The notes under the pieces were generated by a model. That model ran no database searches. It saw only the letters and a list, made by a program, of their open reading frames with translations, and was not told where the DNA came from. The translations under genes were made by a program, and so were the position numbers. From contig JABLXU010000008.1 of NCBI GenBank assembly GCA_013177805.1, positions 33,239 through 97,238 of the forward strand: DNA of 64,000 nucleotides. Reading direction: 5' to 3'. Below, piece after piece: positions 55,267-63,583 of the stretch (within the stretch, counting starts at the first letter, position 1; every line of letters starts with the position of its first letter). This stretch comes from Candidatus Omnitrophota bacterium. GTDB lineage: Bacteria; Hinthialibacterota; Hinthialibacteria; Hinthialibacterales; Hinthialibacteraceae.

Positions 55267-55805
55267 CCGGTCACGGTTTCTTCTTCGGTTGGTTTCCCAT
55301 GCCAGGACTGCCAGGCCACCAAGGCCAGAAACCACCCGATGAAATTGAGGGCAATGTCGTTGAGATCCAATACCCGGCCGGGCATAAAGGTTTGAGCCCA
55401 TTCGTCGGCAATGCACACCACCCCGCCAAAAGTCAACGCCAGGGGCAAGTTCCGGGGAAACGCGGCCATGAAGAGCAGGGTGCTGAACAGGAATTGCGGG
55501 ATATGTACCAGTTCCGTGGTCAACAGCATGGTATTCGAGACAATCCAGGTGGATACCGCGATCCCCATCCCCACAGTGACAATTTCGCCCCATGTGGGAT
55601 ACCGGATCCATAACCGCGAGACCACCAGCGCCAGCACGATAATCAGAACCAAGTAAAGAAAGGGGAAAAATAGGCTATTGAACGTGGACCATCCGTGCTT
55701 GCCGATATAGACGCGGATTGCATCGGTAACCAGGGACGCCCCTGTCAGGCAGCCAATGAAATACAGTACGGCCAAAATCAGGAAAATCTTTTCTTTCCTG
55801 GACAC
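55260..55805 (-). CDS. VanZ-like membrane protein
   Basis: Four to five TM segments and the C-terminal motif ADEWAQTFMPGRVLDLNDIALNFIG typical of the VanZ family. GTG start. Confidence 0.6.
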   Translation of the reverse strand: MSRKEKIFLILAVLYFIGCLTGASLVTDAIRVYIGKHGWSTFNSLFFPFLYLVLIIVLALVVSRLWIRYPTWGEIVTVGMGIAVSTWIVSNTMLLTTELVHIPQFLFSTLLFMAAFPRNLPLALTFGGVVCIADEWAQTFMPGRVLDLNDIALNFIGWFLALVAWQSWHGKPTEEETVTGH

Positions 55806-55939
55806 CCCGTCTGCCTCACTCCGTCAACGGATTGGTTCCGCGGTGGATATTGTGATTGAAATCGGGGGATTCCTGAAGATCAAGGACGAGGGAAGAGAGG
55901 GAGGGGGAATGTCCCGGTGTTCCTCAGATCAAAGAAGCA

Positions 55940-56968
55940 TTACGTCCGATACCTATGAAACAGCGCATCGCACAAGCCGCATACCGGCCGTTGGTTGTCA
56001 AAAAATTCTTTTTCTTTCCGAGAACGCCACGCTTCCACGAGAGTCATGCCGGGTGTTCCCAACGCACCGATGGCGTAGTCCCGCAGGTTGCAGCAAGGCG
56101 TAATGGTCCCCTCGACGGTGATGTACACACTGTCGTCCGTCCGCAGGCAAATCCCATCGAAACGCGTGGCCAGGCGCAGGGGGAGGGATTGCTGATTCAG
56201 GGTCCGCACCCTGACGCCTTGTTCCCGGCCCGCGCGCCGCAGCTCCGCGAGCATGGCCTGCTCCCGTTCCCAACTTGGCCGCGGGACGGGATTTTCCGGA
56301 TATGGCTGCATCCGCGCCAGGTGGACGGCGTGGAGAGAATGCTCGGCCGCGAAGTGAATATACCGCCGGACATCCTCCAAGTTCTCTTCCACCACCAGTG
56401 CCTGCAGAATCAACGGCGTTTGGTTCATCAAGTCCTGATCCGCGGCATAATCCACCAGATGGCGGAAGGTCTTGGGCGAGGGCGGATGCAAAATATCCCG
56501 CCATTCCCGGGGGATGTCCTGCCGGTCCGGCCATAAGTCTACCGAGACGGTCACGACTTCGACCTGGAGTTCTTTGATCTGTTCACGCCGCTTTTCGTCC
56601 AGCAAAATCCCGTTGGTAGTGAAGCGGACTGCCGTATCCGGCCAATGTTGGTTGCTAAGGGCGATTATCGCAAAAAAATTGGGATGCAAGAGCGGCTCGC
56701 CCCAGCCGGTCAGTACCAGCCGTTTGGGCGCGGGATTGGTTTGCACCAGATTTTCGAACAGGGGAAGAGGAAAATCGCGCTGGGGGACCGTCCCGTGGGT
56801 ATGCGGGCACATGGCGCATTGCAGGTTGCAGGCGTTGGTGACCTCGATCTGAATTTCTTCCGGATACGCGCTCCGTTTCCGGGCCAGCAGGCGGAAAAAT
56901 TTGGCCGCGTTGTCCAAGGAGGAACGCATGGCATTCACCGGGCTGCCCGGCGGGTCTGGTCCCGCCAT
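55940..56968 (-). CDS. radical SAM protein with Cys-rich SPASM/twitch-like C-terminus
   Basis: IEVTNACNLQCAMCPH (CxxxCxxC). GWGEPLL motif. C-terminal cysteines in TITPCCNLRDYAIG and PVCGLCDALF. An alternative start at 56929 would remove the 34-nt overlap with the upstream gene. Confidence 0.8.
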   Translation of the reverse strand: MAGPDPPGSPVNAMRSSLDNAAKFFRLLARKRSAYPEEIQIEVTNACNLQCAMCPHTHGTVPQRDFPLPLFENLVQTNPAPKRLVLTGWGEPLLHPNFFAIIALSNQHWPDTAVRFTTNGILLDEKRREQIKELQVEVVTVSVDLWPDRQDIPREWRDILHPPSPKTFRHLVDYAADQDLMNQTPLILQALVVEENLEDVRRYIHFAAEHSLHAVHLARMQPYPENPVPRPSWEREQAMLAELRRAGREQGVRVRTLNQQSLPLRLATRFDGICLRTDDSVYITVEGTITPCCNLRDYAIGALGTPGMTLVEAWRSRKEKEFFDNQRPVCGLCDALFHRYRT

Positions 56969-58431
56969 AAGAGGTGGACGAGCACCCGCAGGTCATTGCG
57001 GAGGGAATCCCACGACCGGTACGATTGCAACCGGTACCACATTTGCGATGGACGCAGGTAAAACCGCCGGTAGGCCTGGCGCGTCAGCTGCTGCAGGCGC
57101 TCGTGGCTGAGGTTGGGATACGAGACCATGCTTTTGCCGAAAGGATTGATGGAATCGGCGTCGTCGATCAGCGTTCCGTTTTGTTTTGCCTGGTCATAGA
57201 AGGGTGTCCCCTTGAAAGGTGTGGCCACGGCGAACATCACATGACGCACCTTGAGCCGCTTCAGTTCGCGGAGAGTATGCCGGATGTCCGCTTCGGTCTC
57301 CTCGGCCGATGAACCGAACATGATGTTGATTTTCGGCTCGATCTTGTATTTCTGCAGCAGAGGGACGGCACGGTAGAAGGTTTGCAGGTCCAATTGCTTG
57401 TCGATCAGATCCAACAGCCGCTGCGACAGGGTTTCGATGCCGATGTCCACGCTGATGCAGCCCGCCCGGGCCAGCGCCGCGACGACTTCTTCGTCATCCA
57501 GAAAATCGGGCCGTGAGAGGCATCCCCAGTCGAGTCCCAAATCCTTCACGCCCTCGCAGATCGCCAAGGTACGCTTTTTGGAGGCCAAAAACTGGTCGTC
57601 CATCACCATCAGCGAGGGATACCCGGCTGCCTTCACCGCCTGGAACTCCGCGATTACCCGCTCAGGACCGGCATATACCGCGCGGGGCTTCTTGCCGTGG
57701 CCCGCTGTTTGCCGGAACTCCAACTCGCGCGCGAAACTCACCGAGTTGGGCACGCAATACGAACAGGGGAACGGGCATCCCCGCGAGGCCAGCATGGCGG
57801 CCACCGGCTGGCGGGGAAACTTGGCGTTGAGAAAATGCCGCGACAGCCGCTTCACCGTGGGGTGCTCGTGGAAATCGAACGGCAGGTCCTCGATGGATAA
57901 AAAGTCATGGCCATGGGGGTAGTATTTTTTTTCTTCCCCCTCGTAGAGATGAACCCCCTTTTTCTCGCCGTGCAGCAGGTAGCGCAGCATGTTGTTTTCC
58001 GGCTCGCCCGTGAAGACCAGCACCCGTTCATTATGGGCCAGGCGGCCGGCGGCGTCCAGGTATTCCTGGGGGACGCGGGAGGGTTCGGGACCGTGGATCA
58101 ACACCGGCGCGTCCACGGCTTGTAACAGTTTAGGCAAACAGGCGAGATCGACCGGCTTAGCCAGCACCACCGAATGGAGGATCAACGCCCGGGGCCGCAG
58201 ATCGCGGATCCGATGGAGAAATTCCGCCTCCGAAAGCCGGTCCAGCACGGCGTTGACGATCTCCGATTCCAAGCCATGCTTTTTGAAATAGGAAAGCATA
58301 TAGAAGTTGGCGAGATCGGGCAACGGGTAGAGCATGTAACTGCAACCCGCGAAACGCTCCGGAATATGCCGCGGATCCTTCACGAGTGGTTCGATAAACA
58401 CAAGAAGACCAGATGGTTGGCTCATCAACAC
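56935..58431 (-). CDS. class B (B12-binding-domain-like) radical SAM protein
   Basis: N-terminal Rossmann-like region of about 200 aa, then LASRGCPFPCSYCVPN (CxxxCxxC). The B12-domain GGxH-type motif is degenerate (LIHGPEPSRVPQEYL). Confidence 0.8.
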   Translation of the reverse strand: MLMSQPSGLLVFIEPLVKDPRHIPERFAGCSYMLYPLPDLANFYMLSYFKKHGLESEIVNAVLDRLSEAEFLHRIRDLRPRALILHSVVLAKPVDLACLPKLLQAVDAPVLIHGPEPSRVPQEYLDAAGRLAHNERVLVFTGEPENNMLRYLLHGEKKGVHLYEGEEKKYYPHGHDFLSIEDLPFDFHEHPTVKRLSRHFLNAKFPRQPVAAMLASRGCPFPCSYCVPNSVSFARELEFRQTAGHGKKPRAVYAGPERVIAEFQAVKAAGYPSLMVMDDQFLASKKRTLAICEGVKDLGLDWGCLSRPDFLDDEEVVAALARAGCISVDIGIETLSQRLLDLIDKQLDLQTFYRAVPLLQKYKIEPKINIMFGSSAEETEADIRHTLRELKRLKVRHVMFAVATPFKGTPFYDQAKQNGTLIDDADSINPFGKSMVSYPNLSHERLQQLTRQAYRRFYLRPSQMWYRLQSYRSWDSLRNDLRVLVHLLWRDQTRRAAR

Positions 58432-59918
58432 ACTCCCGTTGCTTTCATTCCGGCCTCGGATTTAGGGGTTTTTTTCATGAATACCGTGCGCGCCAGGGCC
58501 GCCCCGCTTTTCAGCAAACCTGTCACATAGCGGGGCGAGGGATTGCGAAGCACCCGGCCGGTATAGTTCAAGATCGTGCGCGGCCGGAAATAGAACGATC
58601 GCAGAATCTTGCGCTGCCAGTACCGCAGATCGTCCGCTGTCAATCCGTGCGGCACAAACACCGGCGTCAAGAGGTTCATCTTGGTCCAGTCGTCATCGAA
58701 CGTTCCATATTCATGGGCGTATTTGCTTAACGGCGAACCGGGGAACGGAGTCATGCAGGTGACAGTGATATCCGAAAAGGGTACGTCCTGAGTCAACCGG
58801 TAGGTCGCCGCCAGCGTCTCCCGCGTTTCCCGGGGATGTCCGACGATGAAGAATCCCTTGGAGGCGATCCCCGCCCGGCGGGTGTTCTCGATGCCCTCGT
58901 GGATTTGGCTGAGTTTTAACTGCTTGTCCTCGTGGTCCAAAATTTCTTGCGAGCCGCTCTCGATGCCGTAACTGATATGCCAGCACCCCGCCTCTTTCAT
59001 CCGTTTCAGTAAATCCGGCTTGGCGAGATTGACACGGCTGTTGCAGGCCCAGGTCATGTTCAGACCGCGCTGGAGCAGCAGATCGCAAAACCGTTCGACG
59101 TTTTGGCGAAAGACCATGAAGGTATCATCTTCGAAAGTCACGTCGCGGATACCGAACGTTTTATGCAGATAGTCGAACAGGTCCACCATGTATTCGGCCG
59201 AGTGCGTCCGGATCTTCCGCCCGAAGACGCTGGTGTCGCAGAACGAGCACTCGAATGGGCAGCCCCGCGAGCTCACGAACGAGACCGAGGGTACCTGCGC
59301 CACCTTGAAATACCCGGGCGTGTATTTCGCGGGGAAATCCCGCAGCAGGTCCCACGCGGGGTAAGGCAGAGAATCCAGATCCATGAAAGCCCGCCGGGCG
59401 GGTGTTTTGATGAGTTGGCCCGCCCCGTTCCGGCATACGATCCCGCCAATGGATGTAAAATTCCGGCTTCCCTCTTCCAGCGCTTCGAGGATTTCCAAAA
59501 TGGTCTCCTCTCCCTCATGAACCGCCGCCAAGTCGAATTCCGGACAACGCCGCAGGGTTTCTTCAGGAATCGCGGTGGCGTGGGGGCCGCCGATGGCGAT
59601 CACCGTCTCCGGCCAGCAAGCCTTGACCGCGCGCGCCAGCCGTTCCGCCGGAATGGTAGTGAGAGTGGTGGTGGTAAAACCGATGAACGCAGGCGGCGTT
59701 TCCCGCAGCCGTTCCATGACTTCGTTCAAGGTCAGATTTTCCGCCGCCGCGTCGATAACCGCGGCCTTGTACCCTGCTTTCCGGGCGATGGCCGCCAAAA
59801 TCACCGAGGCGAGGCATGGCGTGCAATTGCCAGTCGCCGCCAGAGGGCCGTAGCGTTCTTCCATCGAGACCGGCGGGGTCATGAAAACAGCTAGAGGTTT
59901 GGAGTTGGATACGATCAT
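58425..59918 (-). CDS. class B (B12-binding domain) radical SAM protein
   Basis: The N-terminal domain has VIAIGGPHATAIPEETL, typical of the cobalamin-binding domain in COG1032-type enzymes. It is followed by VSSRGCPFECSFCDTS (CxxxCxxC). Confidence 0.85.
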   Translation of the reverse strand: MIVSNSKPLAVFMTPPVSMEERYGPLAATGNCTPCLASVILAAIARKAGYKAAVIDAAAENLTLNEVMERLRETPPAFIGFTTTTLTTIPAERLARAVKACWPETVIAIGGPHATAIPEETLRRCPEFDLAAVHEGEETILEILEALEEGSRNFTSIGGIVCRNGAGQLIKTPARRAFMDLDSLPYPAWDLLRDFPAKYTPGYFKVAQVPSVSFVSSRGCPFECSFCDTSVFGRKIRTHSAEYMVDLFDYLHKTFGIRDVTFEDDTFMVFRQNVERFCDLLLQRGLNMTWACNSRVNLAKPDLLKRMKEAGCWHISYGIESGSQEILDHEDKQLKLSQIHEGIENTRRAGIASKGFFIVGHPRETRETLAATYRLTQDVPFSDITVTCMTPFPGSPLSKYAHEYGTFDDDWTKMNLLTPVFVPHGLTADDLRYWQRKILRSFYFRPRTILNYTGRVLRNPSPRYVTGLLKSGAALARTVFMKKTPKSEAGMKATGVC

Positions 59919-60070
59919 GATGAATGATTATGAAGGATCCCCGCAGAAAAATCAATATATGACTTGTTTGGTAAAGATTCAAACATGGCTTTTAAGCCGT
60001 AAAACCAGATTGGTAGTGCCGGCAAGGGAATGTTAGTATGATGGTGTGGGAAAAAGTTTTTCAAATTCTT

Positions 60071-60104
60071 GCTGGAGGGAGAGGGAACCGTATATTGTTC
60101 CCTT
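60071..60104. repeat. GC-rich intergenic repeat, copy H (GGAGGGAGAGGGAA subtype)
   Basis: gctggagggagagggaaccgtatattgttccctt. Confidence 0.55.
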
Positions 60105-60309
60105 CAAAGTTTATCTCAAAAATAGAGCAGTGAGAAAGTTCTGCAGCCGAGTACTAACGTTTCCGGATACCGGCACTGAAAAAGTCGAAAACGCTTGGAT
60201 TCAAATCCTACGGGGTTGGAATTCATCATATGATACCGTAGGCTATCGCTTATGCCTACGGCTATTCACATGAATCCCTTTCGGGGTTTGGAGCAAAAAA
60301 AACAACCTG

Positions 60310-61320
60310 ATGCACAATCCACCTTACTCCTTTACTCCCCGGATTTCGTTCATTGTTCCCATGTACAACGCCCGGGAGACAGTCATCGAAACCTTGGAAA
60401 GCATCCTCGCGTTAAAAACCGACGGGGCCTTGGAAATCCTGGTGGTGGATGACGGCTCATCGGATGGTTCGCCCGAGGTCGTGGAGGATTGGCTCGCGAG
60501 GCAGAAGACACAACCGGAACGGGTTGCAATCCGTGTCTTACGAAGACCCCACGGAGGCGAGGCGGTGGCCATAAACGCCGGACTCGAAAAAGCTGCCGCG
60601 CCTTTCATCGCCTGGGTGGAAAGCGACGTGCGTCTGCATCCCGATTGGCTGATCCCGCTGCTCATTGAATTGGAGGATCCCGCCGTGGCCGGGGCGGGAG
60701 GCGTGCTCTATCCCTCGCCCAACGATCCCCCCGTGGCCCGGATATTCGGCTATGAAATCGCGCACAAGATCCGGTCTAACCACGGCGACGCGATTCACAT
60801 CACCAGCGCCAACGCCCTCTACCGGCGTAACATTTTTACACAGCTGGGTCCCTGCCGGGCTGATCTAGGCGAATCGAGTTTCGATTCCGAATACAACCAG
60901 CGGATCCGAGAAGCCGGTTACCGGCTGGTATGCAATCAGCGCGCGCGAGCCTGGCATCACTACAAAGGAAGCTTGTTGGAATGCCTGTGCCGCGCGGCCT
61001 GGTATGGTTTCCGCCGCCCGATGGTCAAGACCCAAGTGCTCTACCCATTCGACCGCGTGATCGGTCTTTTGGTGGCTTCGTCGATGTTGCTGGTCCCGGC
61101 TCTGGCCTTGTGGTGGATTTCACTGGGTTTTTCGCTGGGACTGATCGTGTTCGTTCTGGCGGCGCATGTTGGATATTCGTTCTATTTGTACACCCGTTAC
61201 CGGGATTGTGCCCTGCTCGCGGCCGGGCCGGTGTTTTTATTGCGCAACGTGGTATTCTTGGCGGCGTATTGGGCCGGATGGATCAACAAGCTCCTGGGAA
61301 TGAAGCGTAACCGCCCGTGA
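60310..61320 (+). CDS. family 2 glycosyltransferase with C-terminal membrane segments
   Basis: ISFIVPMYNARETVIETLESIL...ILVVDDGSSDGS (GT-A DxD region), then a hydrophobic C-terminus of 3-4 TM. Confidence 0.85.
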   Translation: MHNPPYSFTPRISFIVPMYNARETVIETLESILALKTDGALEILVVDDGSSDGSPEVVEDWLARQKTQPERVAIRVLRRPHGGEAVAINAGLEKAAAPFIAWVESDVRLHPDWLIPLLIELEDPAVAGAGGVLYPSPNDPPVARIFGYEIAHKIRSNHGDAIHITSANALYRRNIFTQLGPCRADLGESSFDSEYNQRIREAGYRLVCNQRARAWHHYKGSLLECLCRAAWYGFRRPMVKTQVLYPFDRVIGLLVASSMLLVPALALWWISLGFSLGLIVFVLAAHVGYSFYLYTRYRDCALLAAGPVFLLRNVVFLAAYWAGWINKLLGMKRNRP

Positions 61321-62570
61321 ATATCCTGCACGTGGTCCCCTATTTTCCACCCACACGCCGCCACGGGGGAGTGCCCGAGGCGGTCCTGGCGCTGGTCCGC
61401 GCGCAAATCGGACTCGGCCACTCTGTTACAGTGCTCACCAGTGACGCCGGATTGTCCCCGGAAGATTCTCATCCGGAAATCGCCTTGCAGTGGATCAAAC
61501 AAGGCGGTCTCACCGCATTGGGAATCCTGCGGAGGACGCCGGTTCTTTACGTCAGGAACCGCTTTGCCATACTGGCGGAACGGGGGAAATTCTTCACGCC
61601 GCGGCTGACCGCCCCGGAGGTTCTCGCGCGCCTTCCCATGGTTATCGATGCCGCTCATTTTCACGAAGTCCACATTCCCGGATACTGGAGCGCCGCAAGG
61701 GAATTCGCGCGGCGGGGGGCGGTGGTTTGTGTGTCTCCCCACGGGTCGCTGAATCCGCCCACGCACCGCGGTGTCAAGCGGATTTTTCATCGATGCCTGG
61801 ATCCCTGGCTGCGCGCCGGCTGGTTTTCCCAATGCGGTGCGTATTTCGCGCTCGGCCGGGCTGAACGGGAGCAACTGTTGCGCGGTGGGATTCCACCAGA
61901 GAGAATTCACATCCTTCCCCATGGCCTGCCTGAGTGGGAACCTTCCCACTCCATCCCTTTGCCCTTTCCGGTTGAGGCCAATCCAGCCGTGGTGACGTTT
62001 TTGGTCCTGGGACGATTGCACGAATCCAAGGGAGTTGTTCAAGTTTTCAGGGCATTTCAAGCACTTTGGAAGAACAATCGGCGGCCACGCCTGGTCTTTT
62101 GCGGTCCGGATGAAGGCTGCGCCGTATTCATCCGGAATGGGTGCCATCAGCGGGGGATTCCCTTTGAAACAGGCCATATAGGAGCCTCTGCCGGCGTGTA
62201 CATTCTTTCACCCGTGCCCCATGTCAATCTCCCAGCGCTGTTCGTCTTGGCGGATTGGACCATTTGCCCCTCGCCCTATGAAGCCTTTGGATTGGTTCCC
62301 ATCGAATCGTTACATTGGGGCATACCGGTGGTGGCCACAACGGGATACGGATGTTTGGAATACATTCCCCAATCGAGTCCCTTGTTAAAAATTATTCCTC
62401 CCAGTGATCCGGCCGCGCTGCGAACCGCCTTGGAAGAGTGTCTCGTATCCCCGAGAGGGGAGCGCCCCGCATCCGGTTGGAATCCAGGCTTGCCTTCCTG
62501 GCGGGAGGTGGCGGAGCGGGTGGTGGAGGTCTATCAGGGGAGTGTAATGCAGAGATCGGTTGGATATTAA
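61317..62570 (+). CDS. GT-B (GT4-like) glycosyltransferase
   Basis: The GTG start overlaps the preceding stop (GTGA). MNILHVVPYFPPTRRHGGVPEAVLALVRAQIGLGHSVTVLTSD. C-terminal EAFGLVPIESLHWGIPVVAT (E-x7-E-like motif). Confidence 0.85.
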   Translation: MNILHVVPYFPPTRRHGGVPEAVLALVRAQIGLGHSVTVLTSDAGLSPEDSHPEIALQWIKQGGLTALGILRRTPVLYVRNRFAILAERGKFFTPRLTAPEVLARLPMVIDAAHFHEVHIPGYWSAAREFARRGAVVCVSPHGSLNPPTHRGVKRIFHRCLDPWLRAGWFSQCGAYFALGRAEREQLLRGGIPPERIHILPHGLPEWEPSHSIPLPFPVEANPAVVTFLVLGRLHESKGVVQVFRAFQALWKNNRRPRLVFCGPDEGCAVFIRNGCHQRGIPFETGHIGASAGVYILSPVPHVNLPALFVLADWTICPSPYEAFGLVPIESLHWGIPVVATTGYGCLEYIPQSSPLLKIIPPSDPAALRTALEECLVSPRGERPASGWNPGLPSWREVAERVVEVYQGSVMQRSVGY

Positions 62571-62732
62571 TAGATTTTATTGCAGAATATCCCAAAAATT
62601 TGGATGAAAATTGTCAAGTATGGATTTTATCTAGGTTTTTGATATATACTGAAATGGTTCCGCGATGAGTGGATTCCGCGGCAATCAACCGCTCGTTAGA
62701 TTTCTAGAGACATGTACCAAATCTTTTCTCTC

Positions 62733-62768
62733 TTCCTCTCCCTCCGGGAGAGAGCCGGGGTGAGGGAA
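62733..62768 (+). repeat. GC-rich palindromic intergenic repeat, copy I
   Basis: ttcctctccctccgggagagagccggggtgagggaa. Confidence 0.65.
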
Positions 62769-62827
62769 TGTGCCAGGTTTCGGATCATGTTTCTTTTTGT
62801 AATCCATAAGAGCTTCCACAAAACACT

Positions 62828-63583
62828 ATGTCCACTGTGTTGATTATCGTTCCTGTGCATAATGAAGCCCGCCTCCTGCCCGGACTTTTACCGCGCCTCA
62901 AGCGGGAAGCCAAAAAAATCAACGCCCATATCCTGGCGATCAACGATGCCTCGACCGATTCCTCCTTGCGCGTCCTGAACAACCATAAGATCCATACCCT
63001 TTCTCACTCTACCCAACTGGGGTATGGTTCAACCATTCAAACTGGTTACAAATACGCGATGCGTTTCGGGTACGATTACGTGATCCAATTAGATGGCGAC
63101 GGCCAGCACGATCCCCGTTGTCTTTCCGCGTTTCTCCAGGAATTGAAAAAGAAAGAAAGCGATATCATTATCGGGTCGCGGTATCTATCCCCCAATGGGT
63201 ATCCTTTCCCGCCGTTGGGGCCGCTGTACTATGGCACGGTGGTGCGCCGCATCGGCATTCACCTGTTCCGGTGGGTGCTGCTTGTTCTGAGTTTCCGCTG
63301 GATCACGGATCCCACCAGCGGGTATATCGGCTTTAACCGCGACGCTCTGCGTTTTGTTTGCGGGAAGAGCTTTCCCTTTGACTATCCGGACGCCGACGCC
63401 ATCCTCACCTTTCTTAAAAACGGCCTGCGGGTCAAGGAAATTCCGGTATACATGTACCCGGTCCAGAAAGATCATGCCTTGCACCGCGGCTGCGGCCCGA
63501 TCTGGTATGTGATCAAAGTATTCATCTCACTCTTTATCGCCTTCATCCGCCGAAGGGAGAATAATCACGATGAACGGAGCTGA
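62828..63583 (+). CDS. family 2 glycosyltransferase (polyprenol-phosphate sugar synthase-like)
   Basis: VLIIVPVHNEARLLPGLL...INDASTDSS...VIQLDGDGQHDP, as in DPM1/GtrB-like GT2 enzymes. Confidence 0.85.
   Translation: MSTVLIIVPVHNEARLLPGLLPRLKREAKKINAHILAINDASTDSSLRVLNNHKIHTLSHSTQLGYGSTIQTGYKYAMRFGYDYVIQLDGDGQHDPRCLSAFLQELKKKESDIIIGSRYLSPNGYPFPPLGPLYYGTVVRRIGIHLFRWVLLVLSFRWITDPTSGYIGFNRDALRFVCGKSFPFDYPDADAILTFLKNGLRVKEIPVYMYPVQKDHALHRGCGPIWYVIKVFISLFIAFIRRRENNHDERS

Noticed and set aside
60198-60213. GGATTCAAATCC, resembling a tRNA T-arm
   Set aside because: The loop is 6 nt and the stem is imperfect. No complementary acceptor strand (CCCCGTA) lies about 65 nt upstream. It is better explained as part of the leader hairpin set.
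11153-62768. Whether the recurring GC-rich palindromes constitute a CRISPR array
   Set aside because: The copies are kilobases apart, in both orientations, and each in a different intergenic region. There is no regular repeat-spacer periodicity and there are no cas genes.
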